From NCBI GenBank assembly GCA_937925675.1, contig CALAME010000086.1, positions 13,852 to 77,851 on the forward strand: a stretch of DNA of 64,000 nucleotides, read 5' to 3'. Shown piece after piece: positions 1 through 10,175 of this stretch. Below the pieces are notes generated by a model that saw only the letters and a program-made list of their open reading frames with translations, did not search any database and had not been told where the DNA came from. Numbering within the stretch: position 1 is the first letter of the stretch; each line of letters begins with the position of its first letter. The DNA comes from an uncultured Paenibacillaceae bacterium (GTDB lineage Bacteria > Bacillota > Bacilli > Paenibacillales > CALAME01). The position numbers and the translations under genes were made by a program.

Positions 1-3000
1 GGATGCCGAGAATCCACTCCAGTCCGGCCTGGTACATCCAGCCGGCCGACCCTGTATACCAAGTCCATCCGGCACGTCCTTCATGCGGAGGTGCCGTATA
101 CACGTCCGCGGCCATGACATACGGTTCGCCGGCATACTTCCGCACTTCATGCGGCGTCCGCGTGTGCGTCAGCGGGTTGAGCATATGAAACAGCTCATAC
201 GCTTGCTCCCCGCGTCCGAGTTTACTGAAAGCGACGATGCCCCAGATGACACCATGGGTATATTGGGCCCCGTTTTCCCGTATCCCCGGAGGGTATCCCT
301 GGATATATCCCGGACTTGGCGTCATCTTGTCAAACGGCGGTGTCAGCAGACGGACCACGGACAGATCGCGGTCAACCAGTTCCCGGTCAAAGGAATCCAT
401 GGCGATCTCTGCCTTTTCCCGATCTCCGGCAGCGGAAATGACCGACCACGACTGGGCGATGGCATCAATACGGCACTCCTCATTTTCCACCGAGCCGATC
501 CAACGTCCGTCATCGGTAAAGGCACGCCTGTACCAGTGTCCATCCCAGCCGTGCTGGTCGATTGCCCGGGCAAAACGGTCGCGCCATTCCCGGTATGTCA
601 CTGCCAGAGCCGCATCATTTTTCCGCTCCGCAATCCGGGCGAACCTGATCAGCACATCGCACAAAAACCAGCCGAGCCAGACGCTTTCTCCGCGTCCTTG
701 CGCACCGACCATATTCATCCCGTCGTTCCAGTCGCCGACGCCGATCAGCGGCAGACCGTGCTCTCCGACGCGGGACAGCGCCTTGTCGATCGCCCGCTGG
801 CAATGTTCATACACACTGCCTTTCTGTTCGGAAACGATCGTTTGCTCGTAGCGTTCCCACTCCCCTTCCTGCAGCGGTTCACTCTTGATGTACGGGACGA
901 CCTCATCCAGGATCGACCAGTCATCCGTATGATCGATATAGCGGGCGACCGCATAGGGGAGCCAGAGCAAATCATCGGTAAACAGGGTGCGGATGCCGCG
1001 TTCCGTTTCCTCGTGCCACCAGTGCTGCACATCCCCTTCTTCATATTGATGCGCCGCATGCAGCAAAATCTGCTGCCGGGTCAAATGCGGCAACGTATGC
1101 ATGAGCGAAAGGGAATCTTGCAACTGATCCCGGAATCCGTAAGCTCCTCCCGCCTGGTAAAAGGCAGTGCGAGCCCACATGCGGCAGGAAAGTGACTGGT
1201 ACAGAAGCCAGCCATTCAGCAATATGTTCGTCTCCTTGCAAGGGGTATCGACGACCGCCTGCTGCAGCGTATGCTCCCAAAAAGCCCTCGTTTGCCGATA
1301 GGCTTGCTCACACATCTCGGCGTTACGGTATTTGCGGGCCAGCGCAAGGGCCTGCCCACGATCGTGTCCGCAACCGAGCAACAGGTAGACGGTCACTTCC
1401 CCTTGCGGCGGCAATTCCAGTCTGGCCTGAACCGCCCCGCACGGGTCATAGATCGCACCGGTGCGTCCGGACAGACGCTCGCGTCCCAGCGCTGCCGGCT
1501 GGGCAAGCGTGCCGTTTCGACCGATAAATTCTTCACGATCCGCCGTCCACGACAGTTCCGTCAATGAACGGTTCAAGGAAGATTGGCTCGATGTGCCGGT
1601 ATCCTTGCCGGGATCCGCCGCTGTCCCGGGAACAAACAGGCCGAGAAAAGCATGCGCCCCACGAAACGTTTCCTGATACGTATTGCAGGCCAACAGGACC
1701 TGATGCTCCTCGTCCCATTCCGTAACGATAAAGGGAGCATTTTCGTGCCGCATCACACCGAGCACCCATTCCGCATAGGCCGTAACCGACAGACGGCGGG
1801 CAGAACCGCTCTTGTTGCGCAGTGTAATCCGCGTAATCTTCACCGCATCTTCCGGCGGAACAAATATCGTCATTTGCTGTTCTATGCCGCTCCGCTCATG
1901 GTGAAAACGGCTGTACCCCCATCCGTGTTCAGTCACATAAGGCGGTTCTTCGGGACCGGAACCTTCTTTTGCTTCCGCCGTTTCCACCGTTTCGTTCGCG
2001 TTGTTGGCGGTTCCTACAGCCGCCGGAGCCGCTTGCCAAACTTCGCCGCTATCGTCGTCACGCACATAGCAGACTTCGCCCGGAGGATCGAGCACCGGGT
2101 CGTTGGACCACGGTGTCAGTTTGAATTCCCGGCTGTTTTTCCACCAGGTGTAGCCGCTCCCCCGCTCGGACACGATGCAGCCAAATTGCGGATTGGCCAT
2201 CACATTGATCCACGGTGCCGGAAGAGGATGATCCCGCCTCAACACGATCCGGTACGATTTTCCGTCCTTTTCAAATCCGCCCCAGCTGTTGTAAAACAGA
2301 AGCTCGGACGTGTCATAGACAGGTGTCGAAACATCGAACCGGTCCGATGCAACAGGCGGACGCACCGGCTGCAACTTGGGGGCCAACGGAGGCCGTCTTG
2401 TGGCGGTACGCAGCTGCGCCCGCAAGCTCGGCCCGTTCGCCTTTAAGACGAGCCGGGACACCGCAAGCAGCAGCGTCCATTCTTCCTCAGGCAGCTGATC
2501 TTTCTGGATGATCGCCACGGTCCCGTCTCCTTCGGAAACGGCAAAACGCGGAATCCCGTGCTCGACCGCCCGCCTGAGCGCATCCTGAAGCTGTTGCTGA
2601 TACCCCCCGTCCGATTCGTTGATGATCGCCAGATCAAAAGGCACTCCCAGCCGGCGCAAATATTCATGCACGGTCAGCAGTTTGACGACAAAGGGCAGAT
2701 GGATGCGTTCCTTGATCCGTACGGCCAAAAGCGGACGGTCTCCGGATATGCCGTGCGCCCACAGGCCGGATTGGCCCAATCTGTTGTTGACCACCCATTG
2801 CTTGCGTTCTTGTGAAAACGGAGAAACGTACAGGACGCGGCCTGCCAAAGTTTGCGCAGTAAGGGCATCAGCGACGTTCAACTGCAATTGCCGTATCTCG
2901 ATCTGGCTGCGATTCCAGGCAAGCTGGAACGTCCTTTCCACCGCCTGGTCCGTGTAAAAGCGGCGCACCATTTCGAGCACTTCTTGTTTCGTATCGCCTG

Positions 3001-6000
3001 CCACGGTCACTGCAAATAACCGCACTTTTTCTCCCGGAGCGATGCGCACGCGCCTGCGCATGACAAATGCGGGATCCGCAACCGAACCGAGCGAGCCTTG
3101 CAGACGGGAAAAAAGACCTTTCGGCCGGGCCAGACCGTAGCCGCGGCCGATAAAGGCAACACGGTCGGTCTCAAATTCGATCGAGCCGAGCATCTCCCCT
3201 TCCACCGCGAGCGCATGGGCAGCCCAGACCGGCTTGTCCTTTTCTTCACGCGGACGGCGGCTGGCAATGAGACATTCGTGATCCGCATCAAACTCGGTGC
3301 GGACAAACAGTTTGCTGAAAGCCGGGTGTGCATTGTCAGTCTGGGGATCGGCAAGGGCCAATTCAGCAAATGTCGTCACCTCGAGCACGCGTGCTTCTTC
3401 TCCGGTGTTCGTCAACGTCAGACGTCTGATTTCCGCATTGAAATCCGGAGCGACGCCAATCTCCAGGCAGGTTTGCACTTCGCCATCCGTCCGCGTAAAC
3501 GTCGCTTTGTCGAATGCAAAGCGAATGCGTTGCTCATCGGCAGCAACCCGGCAAGGGTGGTATGTCGGGGACCAGAGCCGTCCGCTGCTCAGGTCATGCA
3601 CATAGATGGCGCTCCCCCACGGATCCGACACCGGATCTTCGCGCCAGCGGGTGATGTTCAAACGTCCGAAACGGCTGAAGCCGCTCCCGGTCGTGCTGAC
3701 GACAACCGAATAGGTTCCGTTGGAAAGCACGCACACTTCCGGCACTGCCGTTTCCGGTCTTGCAAATTCCCGCATTCCGACGATGCGTTCCACCTGTGCT
3801 GCGGGTTTGTAAATTTGCCTTAACGCCGGATTGCGAACGAGGCTGGGACGAGCCGGCATGCGCTCCTGCAGCAACAGTTCCGCAGCCCGCACCTGCTTGT
3901 TGCGATGGAAGCGATCGTACATTTTGTATGGCAGGAGCATGTTGGCCAGGGTCAGCATACTCATCCCCTGATGGTGCGCCATGAAACTTTGCACGATCCG
4001 GTACCGTTCCCCTTTCGGCAAACGTTGCGGCGTAAAATCGACCGCTTCGTAAAAACCGTAACGCCCGCGAGCCCCCAGCTGTTCAAGTTGTTTTAGCGAC
4101 GCCATCGTTTCGCGCTGAGCAAACGGAAGGGCGAACAGGGTCGCATACGGAGCAACGACCAGATCTTGCTCCAGGCCGCGTTTAAAACCGAGTCCGGGAA
4201 CGCCGAAAGCGCGATATTGGTAGTTCATCCGGTAGTCAAATTCGTAATAGCCGGATTCGGAAATGCCAAACGGAATCTCCCGCTGTTTCGCATATTCGAT
4301 CTGCCGCTGCACGACCGCGTGGTACGTCTTTTCCCACAGCGTGTTCCTGTACGTTCGCATAAACATCCAGGGCATCAAGTATTCAAACATCGTTCCGGAC
4401 CAGGAAAGCAGCACATTGCGCCTTCCGACCCGCGTCATCGTCCGGCCGAGCGAATTCCAGTGCGAGGCCGGGATCTGTCCCATCGCAATGGCGACAAAAC
4501 TGGCCTGCCGCGCTTCTGAAGCGAGCAAATCATACAGGATGGTGTCGCGCTGGCGGGTACGGGTATGGTAGCCGAGCGACAGCAGATTCGTATGCCGATC
4601 GTACAGCGGACGAAAATCGGTATTTCTGACGATCGTATCGATACGCCTTAACAGCTCTAAACCTTTCCTTTTCCAGCCATCTGCCGCATCTTCTGCATCT
4701 TTTGCATCGTTTGCAGCGGATTCGGGAGATTCTTCGTCTAACGTCCTGAGATCCGGCGTCAATTCTTCGGCAAATGCCACGCGCAATGCCTGTTCGCGTG
4801 CAGCCAATTCACGCGCAGTCAATCCTTCCCCGTCCAATGCCAGCCATTGCTCCAGTCCCTCCCGGACCGCAATCAGGGAAACCACGAGATTGCCGGAGTC
4901 GACCGTGGACACGTAATAAGGGGGCAGCGGCTTTAAGGTCGTGGTGTCATACCAGTTGTACAGGTGCCCTTCCCATTTTTCCATCCGCTCGATCGTGCTC
5001 ACGGTACGATCCAGACGTTCCACCAGTCCCTTGGTGTCAATAAAGCCGAAATCGCGGGCCGCAAGCGCGCAAGCCAAGTACAGACCGATGTTGGTTGGCG
5101 ACGTGCGATGCGCGATTCCGTTGGGAGGATCAAACTGCACGTTATCCGGCGGCAACCAGTTGTCCTCGTCTGTGACAAAGTCTTCATAAAATTGCCAGAT
5201 ATCTTTGGCCAATGTGAGAAGCTGCTCCCGCTCCGCATCGGAAAAACGCACTTCCCGATCCCGGACGCCCTGATCCAGCCAGCGGACGATCAGCGGCGCG
5301 ACAAACCATAACAGTGCAAGCGGCACCGCGGTCATAAGGGCAAAGCGATCCCCGGCCTGCCAGATCGCAACCAGAGATGCAGCTACAAGTATCCAGCCGC
5401 TGTACAAACCGTAAAGAAGCGGCTGGTTCCCCTTGGAGCTGCGCCGTTCGATCTCCGCAGAGCTGACCCACTCCAGCAGATTTCGCCGCGAAATAAACAG
5501 CCTGTACAGCGTTTTGATGATCGCATTCGCAGCCAATATCGTCTGGTACGGTAACGTGGCGAGCGCCACGGCACTTTGTGCGAACGAGGCGATGACGCCC
5601 CTTAACCGGCTGCGCGTCGGACGCCATGTCAACAGCTGGCGCAAAACAGGCAGGAACCATGTAACAGCAAGCACCGCAAGCCAACGTGCAGACGAACCGG
5701 GCAGCACCGTGAACGCAAGAACCCAGATGACAAACAGGAGCGGAGCATGCAGACTGCGCCGCAAATTGTCGACAATTTGCCAGCGGGTCAAGATCGACAG
5801 ATCGATCGGAACGAGATTGCCGCGCCGGTCATGGATGCGCGGAAACAGCCAGAGAAGCAGCTGCCAGTCACCGCGGATCCAGCGATGCTGCCTTTGCTGG
5901 TGAGCGTAAAAAGTGGCCGGCTGACTGTCGATCAGCTCGATATCAGACAAAAGACCCGCCCTCAAAAAACCGCCTTCCAGCAAATCGTGGCTGAGCACAC

Positions 6001-8134
6001 GGTTTTCCGGAATCCGGTCGCACAGCACGGCAGCGAAGGTTTCGACGTCAAAAATCCCTTTCCCGGTAAAGATGCCTTCACCGAAGCCATCCTGGTAAGG
6101 ATCCGAAATCGCAAAAGCATACGGATCGACACCCGGTTCGTGCGACCACAGCTGGGCTAATCTGGAGCGCAAAGAGGCCTCGTGACTGATGCCGATTCGC
6201 GGTTGAAGCACCCCGTAACCTTCCACGACCCGCGTCTTGTTCGCATTCAGACGCGGCCGGTTGTACGGGAGATGCATCGTGCCGATCATGCGCCACGCGC
6301 TGCCGATCGGCAGCTGAGTATCGGCATCCAAAGTGATCACATAACGCACATCGGCAAACTTGGACACGTCTCCGGTCACGATTTCGTAGCTTGTGTCCGG
6401 TTTGCCCTGAAGCAGTTGCACCAGTTCTACCAATTTGCCGCGTTTGCGCTCCCAGCCCATCCATTTTCTTTCCGACTCATTCCACAAGCGGCGCCGTTGC
6501 AGCAAATGAAAAGCGCCGTCCGGATATTTTCGGTTCAGACGCTCGATACACGCCCTGGCTTCCTGCACGATGGCTGTATCTTCGGGCATGCTCTGCGCCT
6601 GTGCATCCTTGAAATCACCGAGCAGCGCAAAGCGGATATTCGGGTCGCGGTTGGCCAAATAATGCAGTTCAAGCCGTTCCGCCATTTCCCGAACTTCTTC
6701 TACCGACGACCAAATGACCGGAATGACGACCATCGTCGTCGCTTCCTTCGGGACGCCTTCCGAAAAATCATAGCGGAGAAGCGGCCGCGGCCGGCTGCAG
6801 CATTCAATGACCCAGTGTGTCGCCGTCACCGCCCATTCCGCTGCCGGTACGGACAGAAGGAGCAGGACCGTTATCCAATCGAGAGCGGAAACGAGACCGC
6901 CGCCTCCTCCGATCCAGATCGCAAACAGGCCCAGAAATGCGGCAAAGAAGAGGGCCAGCGTGTTAAAATAAGTCACTTTCGCCCGCCGCCGGATCGCATT
7001 CGTAGGGAGTGCGCGCGGACGACTGCATGTCTTCAGCGCCCGTCTCAAAGCTGCGATCCCTTCCGGATCGAGCAAATAATAGGCGACATAGGCGGAACGC
7101 GCCGGCGGATCCGCCTGGGCAGCCGATTGCTCCCGAAACGATTCATTGGCGAGAAGAACAGCCTGCTCTGCCAACAATTTTTCCGGCACATGCAAACGTT
7201 TCGCCAACGTTTCCACCCGTTTGCGCAACGTGTCCCGGCTGGTGATATCGAGTTTCGGGTAATCTCCTGCCGCTTCTTCCATTAACGTTTTTTCGACAAA
7301 GCTGACCTCTTTAAACGCGTCGCGCCAGTTCCAGCGGGACAGATCACGCAAACTGCCGATCAGGTTGCCGATCGTCATTTGCAAGGAAGCCTGCAGCTTG
7401 TATTCATAGGACATGATCTGTTCCAGACTGTCCGCGTCGTTTTCCAGACGGCATTTAACCCATTCGCGAATGGTAGCCGTATCGAATGCCCATTCGCGCA
7501 GGTGACCGATCAGATGCACGATAACCGGTCCGGATAGCGGGATTTTTTCTCCGGCTTTATCGAGAGCTGCCATCAGCTTTTCCGCATCAAATGCGGCCGG
7601 CTCTGCATCCGCAAGCATCTCATCCACTTTTTTGCATATGTTGCGTCGCTCCTGGATCGCCTCTTTCGTTTGCGCCAGACGACGGAGCAGCGCCACCCTG
7701 AGCGCGATCGGAATCGCCCACAATTCCGACAGCGTGAGTACCGCCACTTCTTGATAATGATTTATGTACTTTACAAACGATTCTTTTTCCAGATATCCGT
7801 CTGTCACTTCCAGATAGTGATCGCAAATGGACAGAATGCGCGGCTCACCACCCGATACGACCGGCAGCGAATGAAATGCATTTTCCTTCAGCTCATGCTC
7901 GGTTTCCAGCGTCTGTTCTTCAATGAACTCTGCATGATCAAGCAACCATTCCTCTGCCGGTTGGGCGCAATCCGAATTTTCTCCACGCATGTTGAGGACA
8001 AAAGTTTGCAGTTCATGAATATCGGTTCGGATCTCACGCCAAATTCGCTTTGAAGCGGTTTTGCCGGAGCGAACCTTATGGGTTAATGCCAGTTCATGTG
8101 CTTTGCTTTTGAGCTGTTCACTGTTCAGATTCAT
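1..8134 (-). CDS. cyclic beta-1,2-glucan synthase-like giant protein (membrane GT domain plus GH94-type phosphorylase-like C-terminal half); the 3' end runs off the window
   Basis: Not in the ORF track because there is no stop inside the window. Hand translation of the minus frame from ATG 8134..8132 (GGGAGGA just upstream) stays open to position 1, about 2,711 codons, starting MNLNSEQLKSKAHELALTHKVRSG. Motifs seen: VITLDADTQLP (about 6310-6340), QRQHRWIRGDWQ (about 5861-5900) and GH94-like GDWNDGMN (about 721-745). Hydrophobic segments lie at about 6840-7000 and 5250-5800. All listed minus-strand ORFs in this span are in the other two frames. Confidence 0.85.
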   Translation of the reverse strand, partial: MNLNSEQLKSKAHELALTHKVRSGKTASKRIWREIRTDIHELQTFVLNMRGENSDCAQPAEEWLLDHAEFIEEQTLETEHELKENAFHSLPVVSGGEPRILSICDHYLEVTDGYLEKESFVKYINHYQEVAVLTLSELWAIPIALRVALLRRLAQTKEAIQERRNICKKVDEMLADAEPAAFDAEKLMAALDKAGEKIPLSGPVIVHLIGHLREWAFDTATIREWVKCRLENDADSLEQIMSYEYKLQASLQMTIGNLIGSLRDLSRWNWRDAFKEVSFVEKTLMEEAAGDYPKLDITSRDTLRKRVETLAKRLHVPEKLLAEQAVLLANESFREQSAAQADPPARSAYVAYYLLDPEGIAALRRALKTCSRPRALPTNAIRRRAKVTYFNTLALFFAAFLGLFAIWIGGGGGLVSALDWITVLLLLSVPAAEWAVTATHWVIECCSRPRPLLRYDFSEGVPKEATTMVVIPVIWSSVEEVREMAERLELHYLANRDPNIRFALLGDFKDAQAQSMPEDTAIVQEARACIERLNRKYPDGAFHLLQRRRLWNESERKWMGWERKRGKLVELVQLLQGKPDTSYEIVTGDVSKFADVRYVITLDADTQLPIGSAWRMIGTMHLPYNRPRLNANKTRVVEGYGVLQPRIGISHEASLRSRLAQLWSHEPGVDPYAFAISDPYQDGFGEGIFTGKGIFDVETFAAVLCDRIPENRVLSHDLLEGGFLRAGLLSDIELIDSQPATFYAHQQRQHRWIRGDWQLLLWLFPRIHDRRGNLVPIDLSILTRWQIVDNLRRSLHAPLLFVIWVLAFTVLPGSSARWLAVLAVTWFLPVLRQLLTWRPTRSRLRGVIASFAQSAVALATLPYQTILAANAIIKTLYRLFISRRNLLEWVSSAEIERRSSKGNQPLLYGLYSGWILVAASLVAIWQAGDRFALMTAVPLALLWFVAPLIVRWLDQGVRDREVRFSDAEREQLLTLAKDIWQFYEDFVTDEDNWLPPDNVQFDPPNGIAHRTSPTNIGLYLACALAARDFGFIDTKGLVERLDRTVSTIERMEKWEGHLYNWYDTTTLKPLPPYYVSTVDSGNLVVSLIAVREGLEQWLALDGEGLTARELAAREQALRVAFAEELTPDLRTLDEESPESAANDAKDAEDAADGWKRKGLELLRRIDTIVRNTDFRPLYDRHTNLLSLGYHTRTRQRDTILYDLLASEARQASFVAIAMGQIPASHWNSLGRTMTRVGRRNVLLSWSGTMFEYLMPWMFMRTYRNTLWEKTYHAVVQRQIEYAKQREIPFGISESGYYEFDYRMNYQYRAFGVPGLGFKRGLEQDLVVAPYATLFALPFAQRETMASLKQLEQLGARGRYGFYEAVDFTPQRLPKGERYRIVQSFMAHHQGMSMLTLANMLLPYKMYDRFHRNKQVRAAELLLQERMPARPSLVRNPALRQIYKPAAQVERIVGMREFARPETAVPEVCVLSNGTYSVVVSTTGSGFSRFGRLNITRWREDPVSDPWGSAIYVHDLSSGRLWSPTYHPCRVAADEQRIRFAFDKATFTRTDGEVQTCLEIGVAPDFNAEIRRLTLTNTGEEARVLEVTTFAELALADPQTDNAHPAFSKLFVRTEFDADHECLIASRRPREEKDKPVWAAHALAVEGEMLGSIEFETDRVAFIGRGYGLARPKGLFSRLQGSLGSVADPAFVMRRRVRIAPGEKVRLFAVTVAGDTKQEVLEMVRRFYTDQAVERTFQLAWNRSQIEIRQLQLNVADALTAQTLAGRVLYVSPFSQERKQWVVNNRLGQSGLWAHGISGDRPLLAVRIKERIHLPFVVKLLTVHEYLRRLGVPFDLAIINESDGGYQQQLQDALRRAVEHGIPRFAVSEGDGTVAIIQKDQLPEEEWTLLLAVSRLVLKANGPSLRAQLRTATRRPPLAPKLQPVRPPVASDRFDVSTPVYDTSELLFYNSWGGFEKDGKSYRIVLRRDHPLPAPWINVMANPQFGCIVSERGSGYTWWKNSREFKLTPWSNDPVLDPPGEVCYVRDDDSGEVWQAAPAAVGTANNANETVETAEAKEGSGPEEPPYVTEHGWGYSRFHHERSGIEQQMTIFVPPEDAVKITRITLRNKSGSARRLSVTAYAEWVLGVMRHENAPFIVTEWDEEHQVLLACNTYQETFRGAHAFLGLFVPGTAADPGKDTGTSSQSSLNRSLTELSWTADREEFIGRNGTLAQPAALGRERLSGRTGAIYDPCGAVQARLELPPQGEVTVYLLLGCGHDRGQALALARKYRNAEMCEQAYRQTRAFWEHTLQQAVVDTPCKETNILLNGWLLYQSLSCRMWARTAFYQAGGAYGFRDQLQDSLSLMHTLPHLTRQQILLHAAHQYEEGDVQHWWHEETERGIRTLFTDDLLWLPYAVARYIDHTDDWSILDEVVPYIKSEPLQEGEWERYEQTIVSEQKGSVYEHCQRAIDKALSRVGEHGLPLIGVGDWNDGMNMVGAQGRGESVWLGWFLCDVLIRFARIAERKNDAALAVTYREWRDRFARAIDQHGWDGHWYRRAFTDDGRWIGSVENEECRIDAIAQSWSVISAAGDREKAEIAMDSFDRELVDRDLSVVRLLTPPFDKMTPSPGYIQGYPPGIRENGAQYTHGVIWGIVAFSKLGRGEQAYELFHMLNPLTHTRTPHEVRKYAGEPYVMAADVYTAPPHEGRAGWTWYTGSAGWMYQAGLEWILGI

Positions 8135-8222
8135 AAATCCTCCCGAAATAACCTCATGTTGGATGAAGGGGCAATTTAAACTTTTCCCCATTCGGGAGGA
8201 AAATATGAATCGGGCAAATACA

Positions 8223-8254
8223 AACGGAGTCAGATTTTGCTTTCTGACTCCGTT
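8223..8254. terminator. stem-loop with a 12-bp stem (AACGGAGTCAGA / TCTGACTCCGTT) and moderately T-rich tails on both strands
   Basis: Perfect inverted repeat 8223-8234 / 8243-8254 with an 8-nt loop. On the minus strand it is followed by TTTGTATTTG. It lies between the small membrane protein gene and the giant gene. Confidence 0.4.
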
Positions 8255-8381
8255 TTACCACATTTCCAGGTTTTCCGGTCTCCTATCGTTTTTACAGCTG
8301 CTTAGCGTTTATTCGTCAGGGCTAGAGACTTTATGGCCGGTTTAAAGTTTTTTCGGCGGGGGCCTTGATTTCAGCTCTCTC

Positions 8382-8825
8382 TCAGCTCTTATAGATCAGA
8401 TTGATATCGTGTTCAGCCTGCATGCGTCTCGAGATCGCGTCACGCGCCTCCGACTTGATGTTTTTTTGCCAGTCGCTCTTGAATTTATCGATCGCTTCTT
8501 TTCGCAAATCTTCATACTTGGTTTTTGCCTCGTCGCATTTGTTGGCGACACTGCGAGCGAGCGCCAACGAACCGAGAAAAACGAGCAACAGCAGCAAAAC
8601 AGCCGGATTGTCTCCCATCCGGCCCAACATCACCCATACTTGTCCCCCTGCAAAGCGGATGAGGTGCTGGTAAAAAAAGTAGGCAAACAGAGCAAAACTG
8701 AAAAAGGAAAAAATGTGCACCCACATGAGATCGGATTGAAGTTTGTCCCACTTTCTCTTTCTTTGTAACAGTTCATCCAGCATCATTTTGGCATCTTCGG
8801 AAATGTCCATGTCATCCCAATCCAT
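8382..8825 (-). CDS. small membrane protein (two predicted hydrophobic helices, charged coiled tails), function unknown
   Basis: 147-aa ORF with GGAAGGAG upstream of the ATG at 8825. Hydrophobic segments: VHIFSFFSFALFAYFF and AVLLLLLVFLGSLALA. Confidence 0.6.
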   Translation of the reverse strand: MDWDDMDISEDAKMMLDELLQRKRKWDKLQSDLMWVHIFSFFSFALFAYFFYQHLIRFAGGQVWVMLGRMGDNPAVLLLLLVFLGSLALARSVANKCDEAKTKYEDLRKEAIDKFKSDWQKNIKSEARDAISRRMQAEHDINLIYKS

Positions 8826-8956
8826 CGTTCCGCACGCTCCTTCCGTTAACAGTCTATTTACGGAATGAGCGGAACATGTCTTTTATGTTGAACTGTCTCA
8901 AACATGTCTTAAATGAGACTTGAACAAGTATAAAACAGGTTCATCTAAAACACGGT

Positions 8957-9538
8957 TTATCCTGTTTTCGGGTAGCCTAATTCCTGATAGCGGAAACAGC
9001 TTGTCACATGGTCATTCACCAGGCCTGTCGCCTGCAGATGCGAATAAACGACGATGGGACCGAGAAACTGGAACCCTTTCTGTTTCAAATCTTTGGCGAT
9101 TCGCCGCGACAAAGGCGTTTCTGCGGGGATGTCTGCCACTTCACGATAGGCATTCACAATCGGTTGACCGTCAACAAAACTCCATAAATAGTTGCTGAAC
9201 GATCCGTACTGTTCCTGCACTTCCAAAAAGCGGCGGGCGTTGTTGACCGATGCCTCTATTTTTCTCAGATTGCGAATGATACGCGGATCCTGAACCATCT
9301 CCCGGATCTTTTTTTCATCATAGCGGGCCACTTTTTCCGGATCAAAGCCGTCATAAAGTTGCCGGTAACCTTCACGGCGACGCAGGATCGTCAGCCAGCT
9401 CAATCCCGCCTGGGCCGACTCGAGCACCAAAAATTCAAAATGGGTCCGGTCGTCTCTGACCGGCACGCCCCACTCTTCATCATGATAAGCAACATAGAGC
9501 GGATCGGTACCGCACCAGGCACAACGTGTCTTTTCCAT
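8957..9538 (-). CDS. tag: DNA-3-methyladenine glycosylase I
   Basis: MEKTRCAWCGTDPLYVAYHDEEWGVP...ESAQAGLSWLTIL is the typical Tag family N-terminus. The internal ATG at 9538 is preferred because GGGGGTGA lies 8 nt upstream and the longer ORF would overlap the NUDIX gene. Confidence 0.85.
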   Translation of the reverse strand: MEKTRCAWCGTDPLYVAYHDEEWGVPVRDDRTHFEFLVLESAQAGLSWLTILRRREGYRQLYDGFDPEKVARYDEKKIREMVQDPRIIRNLRKIEASVNNARRFLEVQEQYGSFSNYLWSFVDGQPIVNAYREVADIPAETPLSRRIAKDLKQKGFQFLGPIVVYSHLQATGLVNDHVTSCFRYQELGYPKTG

Positions 9539-9567
9539 TCTGCTTGGATCACCCCCGTATTTCATGG

Positions 9568-10032
9568 TCAATAATTCGATGTTTCTTCTTTGGACGATTC
9601 CTCGTTCCAAACGAGAAAGAATGGATGTGAATGTTCATCCAGACATTTTTGCAGTTCTTCTCGAAAATCACGCCTTTGTATCCGGTTGAAAGCCTCTTTC
9701 GCGCTGAAAAAGCCGATGTCCAGACTTTCTTCACCCGTTTTAAATTCTCCTCCGATCGACTCGGCGAGCCAGAACGTATGACAGACGTGTTTTGTTACAT
9801 CCTGCGCCATTCCACAAAACTTGGTGATCTTTACATCGATGCCGGTTTCTTCCTTGACTTCACGCACGACAGCTCTGGGCATGGATTCGTGGCTCTCCAC
9901 ATGTCCACCAGGCAATTCCCAGCCGCGCTTCGGATCTTTTTTCAGCAAGATCCTTTTTTCCGAATCCAACACAACTGCGCAACCGGTGAAAAAATAGGGT
10001 TGTATATCCCCCGTTCGATTCTGACCGTCCAT
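9568..10032 (-). CDS. NUDIX hydrolase
   Basis: Nudix box GGHVESHESMPRAVVREVKEETGI. The start at 10032 is preferred (GGAGAGGGG upstream). The ORF is open up to 10092. Confidence 0.8.
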   Translation of the reverse strand: MDGQNRTGDIQPYFFTGCAVVLDSEKRILLKKDPKRGWELPGGHVESHESMPRAVVREVKEETGIDVKITKFCGMAQDVTKHVCHTFWLAESIGGEFKTGEESLDIGFFSAKEAFNRIQRRDFREELQKCLDEHSHPFFLVWNEESSKEETSNY

Positions 10033-10175
10033 CCGCTTTCCCCTCTCCGTTTCGTCCATTATACCACGTCTGTACCGCGTCCGTGTTCGCACTTGCTTTC
10101 AAGTCGGATGATTCGCATAGATCCGGCCCGAATGTGGCACGATAGCAGAAAAGACGAAAAGGAGGAATGGTTGTC

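Noticed and set aside
83-7285. Plus-strand ORFs 83..1195 (370 aa), 1583..2446, 3098..3823 and 6182..7285 (367 aa) in the apparently empty first 8 kb
   Set aside because: All are antisense to the single giant minus-strand frame. Their products are Arg/His/Pro-rich with no motifs.
8205-8345. 46-codon plus-strand ORF with a strong GGGAGGA SD
   Set aside because: It contains the 12-bp terminator-like hairpin (8223-8254) inside its coding region, and the SD is better explained as the anti-SD partner of the giant gene's SD. It is kept only as an alternative in the corresponding finding.
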